Of a stretch of 58,196 bases of DNA, positions 57,106 to 58,196 are shown piece by piece. The DNA lies in assembly GCA_964473905.1 (NCBI GenBank), contig CAYYQY010000004.1:1-58196 (forward strand). The letters run 5' to 3'. Source of the DNA: an uncultured Dehalococcoidales bacterium (GTDB lineage: Bacteria; Chloroflexota; Dehalococcoidia; Dehalococcoidales; CAYYQY01). The first letter of the stretch is position 1. Each line of letters starts with the position of its first letter. Made by a program: the position numbers and the translations under genes. The notes below the pieces were generated by a model. The model did no database searches. It worked only from the letters and a program-made list of their open reading frames with translations, and was not told where the DNA came from.

Positions 57106-57786
57106 CTAAACCGGTTGCACATCAATCTCTTTTAAATCAGGGCTGATTATCAGCTCGGGCCCGGTTACGGCTTGAACATCTTCCGCCGTCATCCCGGGAT
57201 ATATCTCCCGCAGCAACAGCCCATCCGGAGTTACTGCAATCACGGCGATATCGGTAAATATGATATTTACCTTACCTCTGGTGGTAGCCGGGTAGCTCAA
57301 CCGGCGCACTATCTTGGCCTTACCCTCCCGTGTAGTATGCGTCATGGCAATATAGAGCCTTTTCGCCCCGACAGCCAGGTCCATAGAACCGCCAATATTA
57401 CCCATGCAGTGATCGCTCCGGGGCCGGGTCGTCCAGCCCGCATAGTCACCCCGGTCATTGACCTGAAAGGCGCCCATCACCGTAACATCTACATGCCCGC
57501 CACGTATCATACCGAACGACTCCACGATATCAAAGTAGGCTGTCCCGGGAAGCTCGGCCACCGGCTCGCAGGCAGCATTCAGGCTGAATAGTTCGTTATC
57601 AGCGCCTGAAACCAGCGGGCCGGTGTTAATCATACCGACCTCCGAGTGCAGTATTATGTCTCTACCTGCTATCCAGTTGCTGATGCGCGTGGGTATGCCG
57701 ATTCCCAGGTTGGCATACTCGCCGTCTTTAATTTCCAGGCTGGCACGCCGGGCAATCCCCTCCCGGGAAAGACCTTGTAGTTTCAT
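57106..57786 (-). CDS. 3-oxoacid CoA-transferase subunit B
   Basis: NLGIGIPT, HSEVG, IRGGHVD, GGSMDL and TDIAV; GGAGGG RBS. Confidence 0.9.
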   Translation of the reverse strand: MKLQGLSREGIARRASLEIKDGEYANLGIGIPTRISNWIAGRDIILHSEVGMINTGPLVSGADNELFSLNAACEPVAELPGTAYFDIVESFGMIRGGHVDVTVMGAFQVNDRGDYAGWTTRPRSDHCMGNIGGSMDLAVGAKRLYIAMTHTTREGKAKIVRRLSYPATTRGKVNIIFTDIAVIAVTPDGLLLREIYPGMTAEDVQAVTGPELIISPDLKEIDVQPV

Positions 57787-57809
57787 GTGCTCACCCTCCG
57801 TCTGGACAG

Positions 57810-58196
57810 TCACTGTATGGCACAATAAAGCGGGGGTAGTTTAACCAATCGCTGGACATATATCCCCGGTGTATGTACATCATCAGCCGGAATTTCGCCC
57901 GGGGCTACTATCTCTTCCACCTCAACGATGGTAATTCTGGCTGCAGCTGCCATCACCGGCCCGAAGTTCCTGCCCGTCTTGCGGTACCTCAGATTACCGA
58001 GTGTGTCCGCCACCGCAGCGCGTATAAAGGCGAAGTCCGGTTTCAGCGCCCGCTCCAGGATACAATTCTGCCCGTCAAATACCATGGTTTCCTTTTCTTT
58101 CCTGTTTTCCGATAGAAAGGGAATGACGTTCTTATCCACCACCGAGCACCTTCTAGATCGTGGTTGGCACGGAGGGATGCCAGCAACGCCTGCCCT
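57810..58196 (-). CDS. 3-oxoacid CoA-transferase subunit A, C-terminal part (5' end outside window)
   Basis: LERAL..DFA, ADTLGNL.YRKT.RNF.PVMA and VHTPGIYV; the frame is open to the window edge. Confidence 0.8.
   Translation of the reverse strand, partial: RAGVAGIPPCQPRSRRCSVVDKNVIPFLSENRKEKETMVFDGQNCILERALKPDFAFIRAAVADTLGNLRYRKTGRNFGPVMAAAARITIVEVEEIVAPGEIPADDVHTPGIYVQRLVKLPPLYCAIQ

Noticed and set aside
1-58196. CRISPR arrays, IS elements, rRNA or tRNA genes
   Set aside because: No repeat-spacer periodicity, transposase motifs, terminal inverted repeat/target duplication pairs, or structural RNA signatures of these classes found by eye.

Overview
Chromosomal window from an anaerobic bacterium. 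Gene content and style suggest Dehalococcoidia (Chloroflexota), but that is an inference. No rRNA, tRNA, CRISPR array, transposase or prophage was found. Core content: a Tat-exported formate dehydrogenase alpha subunit read through a selenocysteine UGA with a SECIS hairpin (missed by the ORF track), acs, a probable 6S RNA, a complete seven-gene shikimate operon, ctpA, tatABC, pheA-tyrA, a minimal SufCB pair, an osmoprotectant ABC transporter, a group 3b [NiFe]-hydrogenase, a LIV-type ABC transporter flanked by two acyl/aryl-CoA ligases, and a CoA-transferase. Most notable: (1) a solitary contractile-injection/T4 gp19-type tail tube gene with its own promoter and an N-terminal Sec-type signal peptide, with no sheath or baseplate genes nearby; (2) a phenylphosphate synthase/carboxylase-like operon (CoA ligase, PpsA, one UbiD, gamma subunit, PpsB, Tm-1-like protein, divergent LpdD-like prFMN chaperone) that lacks the delta phosphatase; (3) two leader-peptide transcription attenuators with nearly identical terminator cores, one sensing Tyr/Phe/Trp ahead of the aro operon and one with a Phe-Ile-Phe-Ile patch ahead of the carboxylate-uptake operon. 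Deletion scars are also visible (cheR/receiver remnant, truncated TRAP permease).
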